A stretch of DNA of 64,000 nt from Truepera sp. (GCA_965218435.1 CBDCKW010000009.1:2432001-2496000), one strand, 5' to 3'; numbered from the stretch's first letter, positions 1 through 10,286 are shown. Notes: a model not told the origin generated them from the sequence alone. Translations and numbers: made by a program.

Positions 1-1151
1 AGCACCGCACCCGGCAACAGGCTCAAAAAGCTCAGCTGCATCGCCGCCATCAGCCCTAGATGCTGCTGCACCCAACCGATCCCGATATAGAACACCCCGG
101 CGCATCCCCAGGTAAAGCCCATCATCATTCCTGAAGCGGTTCCGACGGCGTGCGGCGCGAGGTCTTGCGCGGCGACGACCATCAGCGGCAAGCCTGCGTT
201 GACGAGCACGCCCGCCAGTATGACAAAGATGAAATAGAGCGCCGACCCTGCCGGAACCCAGAAGATGCCGTAAAAGAGAGGGAGGGCCAAAAGCATCGTG
301 CCGGTAATCAAAATCTGCGAGCTGACGTGTCGCCCGAGCAACCCGGCCAAAATGCCGCCGGTGCCTGCTGCCAGTGAAAAGGCGAGCAGCGTCGTGCTGA
401 TCAGCGAGCTGTCTCTCGAGGCACCCTGAGACACCAGATAGAGCGGAATGGCATTGGTAAACGTCACATACGAGACGCTCCGCAAGATACCCGAAACGCA
501 GAGCACCCCGACCGGCCCGCGAAAGAGTTCCCAGTCAAAAAGCCGCCTGCGGGCAACCTTAGCTGTCTTCGGCTGAACCGGAATCAAAAAGTACATCGCA
601 ATCCCCAAAAGAACACCCGGAATCATCAACAGCGGGCTGAACTGTAATCCAATCGTCCGGGCAACCAGCAAGATAATAGACGGCCCCAGCGCCAGCCCGA
701 GCGTTCCGCCCGCACTAAAGACGCTTACGGTGAGCGCCTTGTTTTTACCGCCCGCCGCCCTCGCCATACTCGTGCCGGAGGGGTGAAACGCCGCCGAACC
801 GAGACCGCCGACGAAGAGCAAGACGAAGAGCAGCGCGGCGTCCGGGACAACGCCCATCAGACTAAGGAGCGACGAACTCGTGATGATGCCGAACGCGCCG
901 ACGAGCCGCTGCCCGAAGCGGTCGGCGAGTGAGCCGAAAAAGGGTTGCAGGACCGACGACGAAAACGATAATGTAGCCACCAAAAGCGCGAGCACGCCTT
1001 CGCTCAGACCAAAACGGAGTTGAAAGGTCGGCAAGAGTGCAGCCAACATACTGCTAAAGGCGTCATTGGTTGCGTGCACAGCGATCAGCAGCGTTGAAAG
1101 ACTGACGCCCGTAAGCACGATACGGTTAGAAACGGTTGAGGTCGTTGCCAT
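1..1151 (-). CDS. MFS transporter (fosmidomycin-resistance Fsr-like), 3' end runs off the window
   Basis: Manual translation from ATG 1151 gives MATTSTVS...HATNDAFSSMLAALLP...LQPFFGSLADRFG...GSAAFHPSG with many hydrophobic helices. Not in the ORF track because it is truncated. Confidence 0.85.
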   Translation of the reverse strand, partial: MATTSTVSNRIVLTGVSLSTLLIAVHATNDAFSSMLAALLPTFQLRFGLSEGVLALLVATLSFSSSVLQPFFGSLADRFGQRLVGAFGIITSSSLLSLMGVVPDAALLFVLLFVGGLGSAAFHPSGTSMARAAGGKNKALTVSVFSAGGTLGLALGPSIILLVARTIGLQFSPLLMIPGVLLGIAMYFLIPVQPKTAKVARRRLFDWELFRGPVGVLCVSGILRSVSYVTFTNAIPLYLVSQGASRDSSLISTTLLAFSLAAGTGGILAGLLGRHVSSQILITGTMLLALPLFYGIFWVPAGSALYFIFVILAGVLVNAGLPLMVVAAQDLAPHAVGTASGMMMGFTWGCAGVFYIGIGWVQQHLGLMAAMQLSFLSLLPGAV

Positions 1152-1192
1152 ACCTCGAGTCTACGCTCCAGACGCGGTGAGGAATGCGTCTT

Positions 1193-2755
1193 TTACGCCT
1201 CTCCTTCCGGCCGACGGCTCGGCGTGACGTAAACCGTTTTTTGCTGGCTGAAATTGACGGCTCCCGGCGCACCGCCTTTAATCTTCCAGACGTTTTTTCT
1301 CAGCGTATAATCCACCGGTACATTCTCCGACAGACCCGCTTTCGAATAGGCGGCAGCTAGCTGCGCGGCAAAGAGTACGGTTTCAAACGGCACTTCGCGG
1401 TTTTCAGCTTTGACGATGACGTGTGAACCGGGATAACCCTGTGCGTGCAGCCAGAGGTCGCGGCTTTTCGCAAGCTTAAAGGTCAGCTCGTCGTTACCTT
1501 TAGAACTGCGACCTACCCACACAGTGAACCCTTGCGGGCTGGTGTAGCGCGTTCCCGGTGCGGCGCGGCCCTGGGATTTGGTTTCAGTCAGGTAGGTCTG
1601 GCTGAGGGTTTTGATGTCAGCGTCGGACAAGGTGGGCACGCGCCCCAGTAGTTCCGTCAGCTCGGCTAACTCAGCCCTGAGACCTTCTTCACGGGCGGCG
1701 GCCCCCTCGAGCCTCCCTTCACGCTTTTTTGCCCGTTCGTACAAGGCTTGAGCGTTCTCAACGGGATTTAAGCGAGTGTCCAAAGAAACTTCCCTGAGTT
1801 CACCTTCAAAATCTGTGAGCGTGACCTTGGCAGCGTGCGCGGGAACCTCTTTGGGGTACGCCATGAGCAAATCGGCGTCACCGCGCAGGGTGTCGGCCTC
1901 GAGCGCGGACTCGAGCGTTCTCGAGAGGTCATCCAACCGTTTTTGTGCGAGCCCTCGGCGTTTTTCCAACGCACTGCGTACTCTCTGTACCCTCGCTTCT
2001 TGCGCCTCAGCTTCACGCAGGGCACTCAGGTCGGCGCGTCCACCGAGTTCGTCCAAACCAGTACTCGGCGCGTCACTCAGACGTTTGATGGTGGTGGCGG
2101 CTTTTTCGGCCTTTGCCTCGTCTAAGACAGCGTTACGCGGTACGCCGACAAGTTGTGCGGCGGCTCCCGTCAGCTGTGGCCCGAATCCGTCTAACAAATC
2201 TCGCAGTTCGGACAACTTGTGGCCCGTCAGCAGCTCGGTCAGTTCAGCTTCAGAAAGCGTGCGAGGATCACGTTTGTCGTAAGGGGGCGGGGGTTCGTAG
2301 CGAAGTCCGGCCCGCACCTCTCGGAAGCGGTTGATGCTGCTCGTTACTTCTCTAGCTGCACCTAAAATTATTCCCGATTCGTCAAGCAAAATCAGGTTGC
2401 AGTTACGCCCGGTAAGCTCCGCAACCAGCACGACGCCGGGGGTTTCGACAAAGCCCCGACTGGGCGCAAACTCCAAACGTAATACCCGGTCGAGTTTGAC
2501 CTGTTCAGCTTTGAGCAGATCACCCGCGGCCCGCGCCACCAATAAATCCTGAAAGCCGGTATACGTCCCGCCAAAACTCGGTACGTCGTTACGGTAAGAA
2601 ACCTGGGCGTTCGGTGGGCGGTTGTAAAACCACATGCCCCCTTTTTTTAGGGGCAGCACAAAGGTGTAGGGGTCGGGAAACCGCCAGCTCAGGCGGGTAC
2701 TCGGTAACAGTGGGGCAATGCGCCGGAGCTGTTCGGCGATAAGAAGACCTTCCAT
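1193..2755 (-). CDS. rqcH: NFACT/FbpA-family ribosome quality control factor (RqcH/Rqc2-like)
   Basis: N-terminal LDRVLRLEF and ELTGRNCNLIL, central coiled coil, C-terminal NFACT-R motifs VGRSSKGND and WLHAQGYPGSHV. Confidence 0.85.
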   Translation of the reverse strand: MEGLLIAEQLRRIAPLLPSTRLSWRFPDPYTFVLPLKKGGMWFYNRPPNAQVSYRNDVPSFGGTYTGFQDLLVARAAGDLLKAEQVKLDRVLRLEFAPSRGFVETPGVVLVAELTGRNCNLILLDESGIILGAAREVTSSINRFREVRAGLRYEPPPPYDKRDPRTLSEAELTELLTGHKLSELRDLLDGFGPQLTGAAAQLVGVPRNAVLDEAKAEKAATTIKRLSDAPSTGLDELGGRADLSALREAEAQEARVQRVRSALEKRRGLAQKRLDDLSRTLESALEADTLRGDADLLMAYPKEVPAHAAKVTLTDFEGELREVSLDTRLNPVENAQALYERAKKREGRLEGAAAREEGLRAELAELTELLGRVPTLSDADIKTLSQTYLTETKSQGRAAPGTRYTSPQGFTVWVGRSSKGNDELTFKLAKSRDLWLHAQGYPGSHVIVKAENREVPFETVLFAAQLAAAYSKAGLSENVPVDYTLRKNVWKIKGGAPGAVNFSQQKTVYVTPSRRPEGEA

Positions 2756-2908
2756 CTGTACAGTTTAAGCCGAGGTAATCCCAATACCTAAAAAGCGAGA
2801 ACCATTGGGAGCGCCGAAGCAGCCGCGAGCAAATCCGCTAGAAGACGCTAGTGACGCGCGTACCAACGTTTATAGTAGAGCTAAGCCTTAGGACGAACGG
2901 AGCCCAGC

Positions 2909-4021
2909 ATGGCCATCCAGCGCCCCTCACTTACCATCGGTATCGAAGAAGAGTATCAGATTATCGACCCGGAAACGCGGGAGCTGAAAAGTTACATCAC
3001 GCAGTTTTTAGAGGGTGACCACAGCGTGTTGCGGACCTTAGAGCTTAAACCCGAACTGCATCAGAGCATGGTCGAGGTCGGCACCAAGGCGTGCAACACG
3101 GTTCAAGAAGCGCGGGCTGAACTGGTCGAGTTGCGCTGCCGGGTGTCTACTTACGCAGAGAAGCAGGGCGCGCGGATTGCGGCGGCAGGGACGCATCCGT
3201 TCTCGAGCTGGCAAACCCAAGAGATCACCCCACAAGACCGTTATGCGGGTATCGTCCAAGACATGCAAGACTTGGCGCGGCAGATGCTCATTTTTGGAAT
3301 GCACGTCCACGTCGGCATCGAAGACCCCGAACAGGTGATTGACAGCATGAACGTGCTGCGCTACTTTACGCCGCATATCTTGGCGCTCTCGTCGTCGTCA
3401 CCTCTGTGGGAAGGGCGCAATACTGGGCTCAAAAGTTACCGGAGCGCCCTCTTCAAGCGGTTTCCGCGTACCGGCTTACCGGCTGAATTTAGTTCATACA
3501 GCGAGTACCAGAACTTCGTCGAGGTGATGGTGCAAACCGGCAGCATCCCCGACGCCTCGAAAATCTATTGGGACATTCGCCCGCATCACCGCTACCCGAC
3601 CTTAGAGTTTCGGATTTGCGACCTCTGCACCACGGTAGATGACGCCGCGTGCTGCGCCGCGCTCTTTCAGGCGCTCGTCTTAAAGCACTACAAGATGCGG
3701 GTAGATAACGTGTCGTTCCGGCGTTACCCATTGGCGATGGTTGAAGAGAACAAATGGCGGGCGGTACGTTACGGGACGAGCGGCAAGCTGATTGATTTCG
3801 GACGGCAAGAAGAACGGCCCGCCCACGAGCTTTTCGGCGAACTCGTTGAATTTGTTGATGACGTGGTGGATGAACTCGGCAGCCGCAAAGAGGTCGAGCA
3901 TGTCTTTACGATTTTGGAGCGCGGGACGAGCGCCGACCGGCAGTTAGAAGTGTTAGAACGCACCCAAGACCCAAAAGCCGTGGTGGACTTTTTGGTTTCA
4001 GAGACGTTAACCGGATGCTAG
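2909..4021 (+). CDS. Carboxylate-amine ligase, glutamate--cysteine ligase family 2 (YbdK-like)
   Basis: TIGIEEEYQIID, GMHVHVG, YWDIRPH..YPTLEFRICD, ENKWRAVRYG motifs. Confidence 0.9.
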   Translation: MAIQRPSLTIGIEEEYQIIDPETRELKSYITQFLEGDHSVLRTLELKPELHQSMVEVGTKACNTVQEARAELVELRCRVSTYAEKQGARIAAAGTHPFSSWQTQEITPQDRYAGIVQDMQDLARQMLIFGMHVHVGIEDPEQVIDSMNVLRYFTPHILALSSSSPLWEGRNTGLKSYRSALFKRFPRTGLPAEFSSYSEYQNFVEVMVQTGSIPDASKIYWDIRPHHRYPTLEFRICDLCTTVDDAACCAALFQALVLKHYKMRVDNVSFRRYPLAMVEENKWRAVRYGTSGKLIDFGRQEERPAHELFGELVEFVDDVVDELGSRKEVEHVFTILERGTSADRQLEVLERTQDPKAVVDFLVSETLTGC

Positions 4022-4070
4022 GCGGGAACACCTATTGAGCGTGACGGCAGCTCGAGCCCCAGCAACAACG

Positions 4071-4907
4071 ATGACAAGCCATGAACTGACGATTGACGGT
4101 CTCAAAACCTACTACGTCAGAGGCGGTAGCGGCGCACCTTTGCTGCTGCTGCACGGCTTTACAGTGGGCTCGAGTGAGCTGACCTACGGCCCTTCGTTTG
4201 GACCACTTTCCGAACACTTCGACGTGATTGCCCCCGACCTGCCGGGGTACGGTCACAGCGCGTCACCTAAAACGTTTTACACGACCGACGAGTATGTACG
4301 GTTCGTTATCAAGTTTTTGGACGCGCTAGGGTTGGAAAAGGTCAACCTGGTCGGCTTCTCCAAAGGTGGCGCGATTGCGCTGGGTATAGGGTTAAAGTAT
4401 CCGGTCAGGGTTCGCAAACTCATCTTGGTCAGCGCGTATTCGCTCAACCGCTGGGTCACCTTGCCTTTTTTGCCGTATCTGGCCCTCCATACGCCCTGGC
4501 TTATCCGCTTTTTTTGGCGCACTCTTCGCCGTTACCGGCGGCTGTTGCCGTGGTACTTAAAACGCGTCATCTTTGGCAACGCCGGAGCCGTCACCGAACA
4601 GCTTTTGACCGAGGTCCGTAAACCGCTCCTCAAAGAGGGTAGTGAAGCTGCTTTCGTCGCCTGGTTGCGCGGTGAGCTGGGGATGTTTCACTACGCGACC
4701 GACTACAGCCGCCAAATTACCGAGCTGTGGGTGCCGACGCTCTTTTTGCATGGGACGAGGGATTTGGTGGTACCTGTCAGGGGTGCGCGGCGGGCCGCTA
4801 AGTCAGCACCAAACGCAACCATCAAACTGGTGCGGCGGTGTGGGCACTGGTTACCGAGAGAGGCGACGGGGGCATTTGTCGAGGCGGTGACAACATTTTT
4901 TGCTTAG
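4071..4907 (+). CDS. Alpha/beta fold hydrolase
   Basis: LLLLHG, APDLPGYGHS, nucleophile elbow GFSKGG, GTRDLVVP, CGHW. Start placed at ATG 4071. Confidence 0.85.
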   Translation: MTSHELTIDGLKTYYVRGGSGAPLLLLHGFTVGSSELTYGPSFGPLSEHFDVIAPDLPGYGHSASPKTFYTTDEYVRFVIKFLDALGLEKVNLVGFSKGGAIALGIGLKYPVRVRKLILVSAYSLNRWVTLPFLPYLALHTPWLIRFFWRTLRRYRRLLPWYLKRVIFGNAGAVTEQLLTEVRKPLLKEGSEAAFVAWLRGELGMFHYATDYSRQITELWVPTLFLHGTRDLVVPVRGARRAAKSAPNATIKLVRRCGHWLPREATGAFVEAVTTFFA

Positions 4908-4957
4908 CATTAGCTGAAAAAGTAGAGAAAACTAAAGTGAGCCGGTAAAGTTTAGAG

Positions 4958-5386
4958 ATGATTTGGACGCTGCAAGCCCGGATCAGCCGCCGGCTACTCC
5001 TCTGGAGTACCCTCAGCGTGGTCGGCGGCATAGCACTGCTTTTTGCCGTTCCTTTTTGGCGTGGCGTCGGCGTGCAGGGGCTCGTTTGGGGCATCATTGA
5101 CGCGGCGATTGCTGGCTTTGGCCTCGCACAGCTCCGGCGAAAACAGGGGCAGCCGGACGCAAACACACCGGACGCGTGCGCACGTGAAGCCCGCAGCCTA
5201 CGCCGCACCCTCCTCATCAACGCCGGTCTCGATGTGCTCTACGTCATTGGTGGCGTCATCGTCCTAACGAATCTGGCAACTGAGTTTGCCCGTGGGAACG
5301 GTGTCGGTATTATCATTCAAGGTGGGTTTTTACTCTTGTTCGATACGTTTTACGCCTTTCAGGTGCAGCGTCTGGAGACACAGTGA
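4958..5386 (+). CDS. Small membrane protein, hypothetical (INAGLDVLY motif)
   Basis: 142 aa with about 4 hydrophobic segments, overlapping the next gene by 4 nt. Confidence 0.7.
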   Translation: MIWTLQARISRRLLLWSTLSVVGGIALLFAVPFWRGVGVQGLVWGIIDAAIAGFGLAQLRRKQGQPDANTPDACAREARSLRRTLLINAGLDVLYVIGGVIVLTNLATEFARGNGVGIIIQGGFLLLFDTFYAFQVQRLETQ

Positions 5387-6429
5387 CCTTTACCAACATG
5401 ACATTCATCAAACCGCCTAAACTTCAACCCGGCGATACCGTTGCGGCAATTTCACTCTCGAGTGGCGCAGCAGGTGAGTTTCCCGAGGTTTATAAGGTAG
5501 CGAAGAAAAACCTCGAGCAAGCCCTCGACGTGCACCTTACCGAAACCCCCAACGCCTTAAAACCAGACGAGTGGCTCTACCAAAACCCCGAAGCTAGAGC
5601 CGACGACCTCCACTGGGCGCTGCAAAATCCCGACGTTAAAGGGCTATTTAGCACCATCGGCGGGTATGAGTCGGTGCGGGTGTTGCCTTTTATCAACCCT
5701 GAACTGATCCGCGAAAACCCTAAAATGCTGCTCGGTTTTTCGGATACGACCGTTTCACATCTAACCTTTTTGAACGCGGGCGTCGCGTCGCTCTACGGCC
5801 CCAGTTTAATGGCTGGCTTTGCCGACCTCAGCGCATTTCCCTATACCGAAACCTGGGCGAAACGGCTTTTAAGCGGTTGGTCTGGTCCCTACGAAGCTGC
5901 TGAAATATGGACCGAAGACCTCTCGGATTGGGACGCGCCCGACTTTGAAGCTGAGGTTAAACGTCCCAAAGACCTACACTCCGGCGGCTGGCGCTGGCTT
6001 CAGGGTCAAGCTCGAGCTGAAGGTCACCTTATCGGCGGTTGTGTTGAGGTCTTAGAAATGCTCAAAGGGACGAAGTGGTGGCCGCGCCCGGAACTGTGGC
6101 AGGGCGCGGTGGTGTTTCTCGAGGCCAGCGACGCCCCCAGCCCCGACCAGCTGGAATATTGGCTCCGCAATTACGCCACGTTGGGAATTTTGGGTGAAGC
6201 GGCTGCACTTCTTATCGCTAGACCGCGTGGCTACACATCCGAACAAAAAGAAACGCTTGGGAACGCGGTTAAAAAGGTGCTTTTAGAGGTTGACCGAGAA
6301 GACATGCCAGTCGTTGCTGACCTCGACATCGGCCATACTTCCCCAATGATGACGTTGCCGCTGGGGTGCAAGGTCGCGGTAGACCCGGAGAAAAAGACGG
6401 TTGAACTGCTCGAGCCCGCCGTCAGTTAA
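5383..6429 (+). CDS. S66 family peptidase (LD-carboxypeptidase/MccF-like)
   Basis: PPKLQPGDTVAAIS, TIGGYES, GFSDTT, GHLIGGCVE, DIGHTSPMMTLPLG. Confidence 0.9.
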   Translation: MTFTNMTFIKPPKLQPGDTVAAISLSSGAAGEFPEVYKVAKKNLEQALDVHLTETPNALKPDEWLYQNPEARADDLHWALQNPDVKGLFSTIGGYESVRVLPFINPELIRENPKMLLGFSDTTVSHLTFLNAGVASLYGPSLMAGFADLSAFPYTETWAKRLLSGWSGPYEAAEIWTEDLSDWDAPDFEAEVKRPKDLHSGGWRWLQGQARAEGHLIGGCVEVLEMLKGTKWWPRPELWQGAVVFLEASDAPSPDQLEYWLRNYATLGILGEAAALLIARPRGYTSEQKETLGNAVKKVLLEVDREDMPVVADLDIGHTSPMMTLPLGCKVAVDPEKKTVELLEPAVS

Positions 6430-6577
6430 AGGTCAAGACGGTTTCTTCGATGACGCTTACGGCCTCCTGGACGTCTGCGCCCGCGTTAGAAAGCTCGAGC
6501 AGCACTCCCGATTCGAGAAGTTGCTCATCCGCCACGCCGCCGACCGGCATCACCTTTCGCCGGACCTTGGGAAAGTC
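6422..6577 (-). pseudogene. Decayed duplicate of the 3' end of the deaminase gene at 7392-8066
   Basis: Translates as FPKVRRKVMPVGGVADEQLLESGVLLELSNAGADVQEAVSVIEETVLTFN* versus the deaminase FFGVWREVVPVGVAAGEQLFETGMLLALANTGADVQEAMNVIGRAVSDVS*. Ungapped, with stop codons aligned at an offset of 970 bp. Confidence 0.85.
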
Positions 6578-6679
6578 CTTGATTTTCTTATCAAGTTGCA
6601 CGTCACGTAGATGGGCAGACTGTTTAGAGCTTCCTTAACGCTCCAACTCTTGAGTGAAAACCGTTGTAAACTGCTGACA

Positions 6680-7367
6680 GTGAAACTTGATAGAGATTCA
6701 AGCGAAAGCTCAGTGTTCGTTATCGAACCCGAAGACATCAAGCGATTGACAGATTTCTTAGAGAACGATTTTGCCGACGTGAACTTTACGCTCAAATGCT
6801 CAGACAAGTTGTCTCGCAATATGTCAGTGGATGAGCTACTTGTGTACGAGAACCCAAAAGCCAAGCGAATAAAAACCTTGACACTCTCTAACACTTATAA
6901 TACTGGTAATCGGGTACGGATCACGGTCACAGTAAGCGGCAACTTTTTTATCAACATCAACGGCGATTACGATGCCGTTAGTAAAACCAACGAGTTCATC
7001 AATGAGTGGATAGAAGGCTTACGCCCTTGGTATTGGAGACTCGCCCATGTAGTTAAATTCAACTCTGTAGTAGGTTATCTCGTCTCAGCAACTATTATCG
7101 GCTTTGTTTTATCTCTTTTCCAAACTTACCTAAATCGCTTTGAGGCAACAGCTAACCTTAGGTTTCAAGTATTGGCTTCTATACAGTAGCATCGCACTTT
7201 CTATTTTCATCATAGTTACTCTTATCTATAGGAATATCTTTCCTGCAGGCGAGTTTGCCATCGGACAGGGCGCAAAACGCTTTAGAAATAGAGAATTATT
7301 CCGTCAGATAATCGTAGGAGGAGTGCTGGCCTCTGTTGCTGGTTCTGTTATTTATTCATTTTTCTAG
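6680..7367 (+). pseudogene. AT-rich hypothetical membrane protein split by a +1 frameshift (ORFs 6611-7189 and 7140-7367)
   Basis: Overlapping ORFs read as one protein (soluble N-terminus, then TM helices). Likely GTG start at 6680 lies 7 nt after TAAACT. Visibly lower GC than flanks. Confidence 0.6.
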
Positions 7368-7391
7368 CGATATGATCGTTCCAGTCCGCTG

Positions 7392-8066
7392 TCAGCTGAC
7401 GTCCGAAACAGCCCTTCCAATCACGTTCATAGCTTCTTGAACGTCTGCACCGGTATTGGCTAAAGCAAGCAACATCCCCGTTTCAAAAAGTTGCTCGCCC
7501 GCCGCTACGCCTACCGGCACAACCTCACGCCAAACTCCGAAAAAGGCAGGGGTATTAGCTTCTCCAGTCCGGCGTGCGCCGCGTAAATGTGCGTCGGTTT
7601 GCAGTGCAATCAGCACGGTCTCGAGCTCAGACCCTGCCAGTGACGAGACTCGAGTCCCTTTTCGGCTGATGTAAGGGTCTGTTTCGAGCAGGTGACTGCA
7701 TCCTGCCCAAGCGTCTCTCGAGGCGTACACCAAAGCGCCGATGTGACTCATCCGCACCGCGCCGACACAGAGCGGGCAGGGTTCGGTGGTCGTAAGCAGC
7801 GTACAGCGAGAGGCTTGCAGCTCGGTAAAGGGAAAATCTAAGAGCGCGTTGACCTCGGCGTGTGCCAGCGGATGATTGTACAGTGCGTTGTGAAGTGCGT
7901 TCGGCTCGGCATCGTCGTCTCGTAAGCGGTTGCGACCCTGGGCGACCACGTTGTTCTGCTCGTCTACAATTACGGCTGCGATAGGCAGCGAGCCCTGAAC
8001 ATAACTCTCCCAGGCCAGCGTCAGACAAACGCGCCAGGGTTCCTCGAGCGTGTCCCAAAGATTCAT
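7392..8066 (-). CDS. Zn-dependent nucleoside/nucleobase deaminase (CDA/TadA superfamily)
   Basis: HAEVNAL and EPCPLC zinc motifs, PIAAVIVD. Confidence 0.9.
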   Translation of the reverse strand: MNLWDTLEEPWRVCLTLAWESYVQGSLPIAAVIVDEQNNVVAQGRNRLRDDDAEPNALHNALYNHPLAHAEVNALLDFPFTELQASRCTLLTTTEPCPLCVGAVRMSHIGALVYASRDAWAGCSHLLETDPYISRKGTRVSSLAGSELETVLIALQTDAHLRGARRTGEANTPAFFGVWREVVPVGVAAGEQLFETGMLLALANTGADVQEAMNVIGRAVSDVS

Positions 8067-8684
8067 CTACTCGCCTCCCAAGTGCGGCGTCCGGTTGAGG
8101 CTCAGTAACCCAACCCGGTTTGATTGCCGCGCTACGGTGACCTCGGCAAAACTGGTATCGCCAAAAGCAAACGAGGTTTGCGCCGGAACCTGCAAAAGCT
8201 CACGGAGCGCCACGTTGAGGCAGCCGCCGTGTGCGACGACCAAAACGTTGGTGTAAGAACTTTGCATGAGTTGCTCGAGCGCCCCACTAATCCGTCTCGA
8301 GAACGCAGCGTAAGATTCGCCGCCGTCTGGGGTGTACTGCTCAAAGCGGTGCCGAAAGGCCGGTTCGGGATACCGGTGCTCTGCCTCGTCAAAGCTGAGA
8401 CCAGCCAGAGGACCGTTGTCAAACTCGCGCCACGCATCACTGGGCGTCACCTCTAAACCGAGTGCTTCGCCGATAACCTCGGCTGTGCGCCGCGCCCGGA
8501 CGAGGCTCGAGCACACCACACGTTCAAACCCCGGCGGATGCTGCTACCAATACGCCGCCAGCTTTGCGGCTTGCCTTTCGCCCACCTCAGTGAGCGGGCT
8601 GTCATAACGCCCTTCGTGAACCTTTTCGTCATCAGCGCGTGAACGGCCATGTCTTAAGAGCGTGAGCGTAAGTGAGGAAAGCAT
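8067..8684 (-). pseudogene. Histidine phosphatase (phosphoglycerate mutase family) with an in-frame TAG at 8544-8546
   Basis: ATG 8684 gives [20 protein letters not shown]...[36 protein letters not shown]...VVAHGG, with the same frame on both sides of the stop. Confidence 0.8.
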
Positions 8685-8756
8685 CACCACTGCCAAGACG
8701 CCAAAAGGAGCTTTAAGTCGTTGTCTTTTAGTCTAGGAACGCGCACACTAAACATT

Positions 8757-10286
8757 ATGTCTCAAACACCCGCAGAAACGCCTGACCAAGCGCCTAGCCT
8801 CGTCACCGGGGCCACCGGTTATATCGGTGGGCGGCTCGTTCCACGGCTGTTAGAGGCAGGACTCGAGGTCCGCTGTCTGGTGCGCGACCGGGAGCGGCTG
8901 CGCGGTAAACCTTGGTTTGATAACGTCGAGGTCGTAGAGGCCGATGTGCTCGAGCCTGAAACCTTAAGCGCCGCATTTGCGGGCGTCCACACCGCCTACT
9001 ATTTGATTCACTCGATGGGGGCCGCCGAAGCAGGGTTTGAAAACCGCGACTTAAAGGCCGCTAAAAACTTTGCCGAGGCTGCCAAAGCCGCCGGCGTAGC
9101 GCACATCGTCTATCTAGGCGGGCTCGGCTCAGGGTCGAAAGGGATGTCGAAGCATCTAGCCTCGAGGCAACAGACGGGCCAAGCCCTCGCTGAGGCTGGC
9201 ATTCCCGTCACCGAGTTTCGCGCCGCGATTATCGTCGGCTCAGGGAGTATTTCGTTTGAAATGCTCCGCTACTTGACTGAACGCCTGCCGGTGATGGTTA
9301 CGCCGCAGTGGGTGAGCACCAAAGTACAGCCGATTGCCATTCGTGACGTGCTCGCCTATTTACAGAGTGCGCTGGCGATCGTACCCACCGGCCACCAAAC
9401 CGTTGAAATCGGCGGCCCGGACGTCATCACCTACCGCGCGATGATGCTGAACTACGCCCGCGCACGCGGCCTGAACCGCCGGATGTTCTCAACCCCGGTG
9501 TTGAGCCCACGATTGTCGTCGTACTGGGTCAACCTGATTACGCCCATTCCCGCCTCGATTGCCCGCCCGCTCGTCGAAGGTCTGACGAGCGAAGTCATCG
9601 TAGACGACCCCGAACCTGCCAAAGCTTACAAAGTGCGGCCCATCTCGTACGAAACCGCTGTCAAGCTCGCGCTCGACCGCACCACGCAAGGGGCCGTAGA
9701 AACGCTCTGGAGTGGGGCGCTCGCCGCCGTACCGCGCGGCACGCCCGACTCGGACAAGTTGCAAGATACCGAAGGGATGCTCTTCGACCGGCGAACGCGG
9801 CAATTTAGTGCCAGCCCGGAGAATGCGTTTCGGGCCGTCGTCCGTATCGGCGGTGAAGAGGGCTGGTACACCTTCGATTGGCTCTGGCAGATACGCGGCG
9901 TGTTAGACCGGCTTTTGGGCGGCGTCGGAATGCGGCGCGGGCGGCGCGACCCGAACACACTGCAAGCGGGCGACGCGCTCGACTTTTGGCGGGTTGAAAG
10001 CGTCAAATCGGGCGACCACTTACAGCTCCGCGCCGAGATGAAGGTGCCGGGGCGGGCGTGGCTCAGGTTTGACGTTCACGACGCTGGCGGCGGCGAGAGC
10101 ACGGTGCGGCAGACAGCGTTTTTTGAACCCAAAGGGTTGTTCGGCTTTCTTTACTGGTGGACGATGTACCCGTTTCACCTGTTTATCTTTCCTTCAATGT
10201 TGGCCGCCATCGGCAAACGGGCCGAAACGTTGGAGCGTGAGGGTCAGGGGCAGCTACACCCCTCGAGACAACCCACCCCGTCTTAG
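8757..10286 (+). CDS. SDR-family NAD(P)-binding oxidoreductase with C-terminal DUF2867-like domain (YbjT-like)
   Basis: VTGATGYIGGRLV, AYYLIHSM, QPIAIRDV, GDALDFWRVE, LRAEMKVPGRAWL. Confidence 0.88.
   Translation: MSQTPAETPDQAPSLVTGATGYIGGRLVPRLLEAGLEVRCLVRDRERLRGKPWFDNVEVVEADVLEPETLSAAFAGVHTAYYLIHSMGAAEAGFENRDLKAAKNFAEAAKAAGVAHIVYLGGLGSGSKGMSKHLASRQQTGQALAEAGIPVTEFRAAIIVGSGSISFEMLRYLTERLPVMVTPQWVSTKVQPIAIRDVLAYLQSALAIVPTGHQTVEIGGPDVITYRAMMLNYARARGLNRRMFSTPVLSPRLSSYWVNLITPIPASIARPLVEGLTSEVIVDDPEPAKAYKVRPISYETAVKLALDRTTQGAVETLWSGALAAVPRGTPDSDKLQDTEGMLFDRRTRQFSASPENAFRAVVRIGGEEGWYTFDWLWQIRGVLDRLLGGVGMRRGRRDPNTLQAGDALDFWRVESVKSGDHLQLRAEMKVPGRAWLRFDVHDAGGGESTVRQTAFFEPKGLFGFLYWWTMYPFHLFIFPSMLAAIGKRAETLEREGQGQLHPSRQPTPS

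Noticed and set aside
8544..8546. Genome-wide TAG recoding (pyrrolysine or alternative code)
   Set aside because: Single instance, and TAG terminates several intact genes in this window at their expected ends
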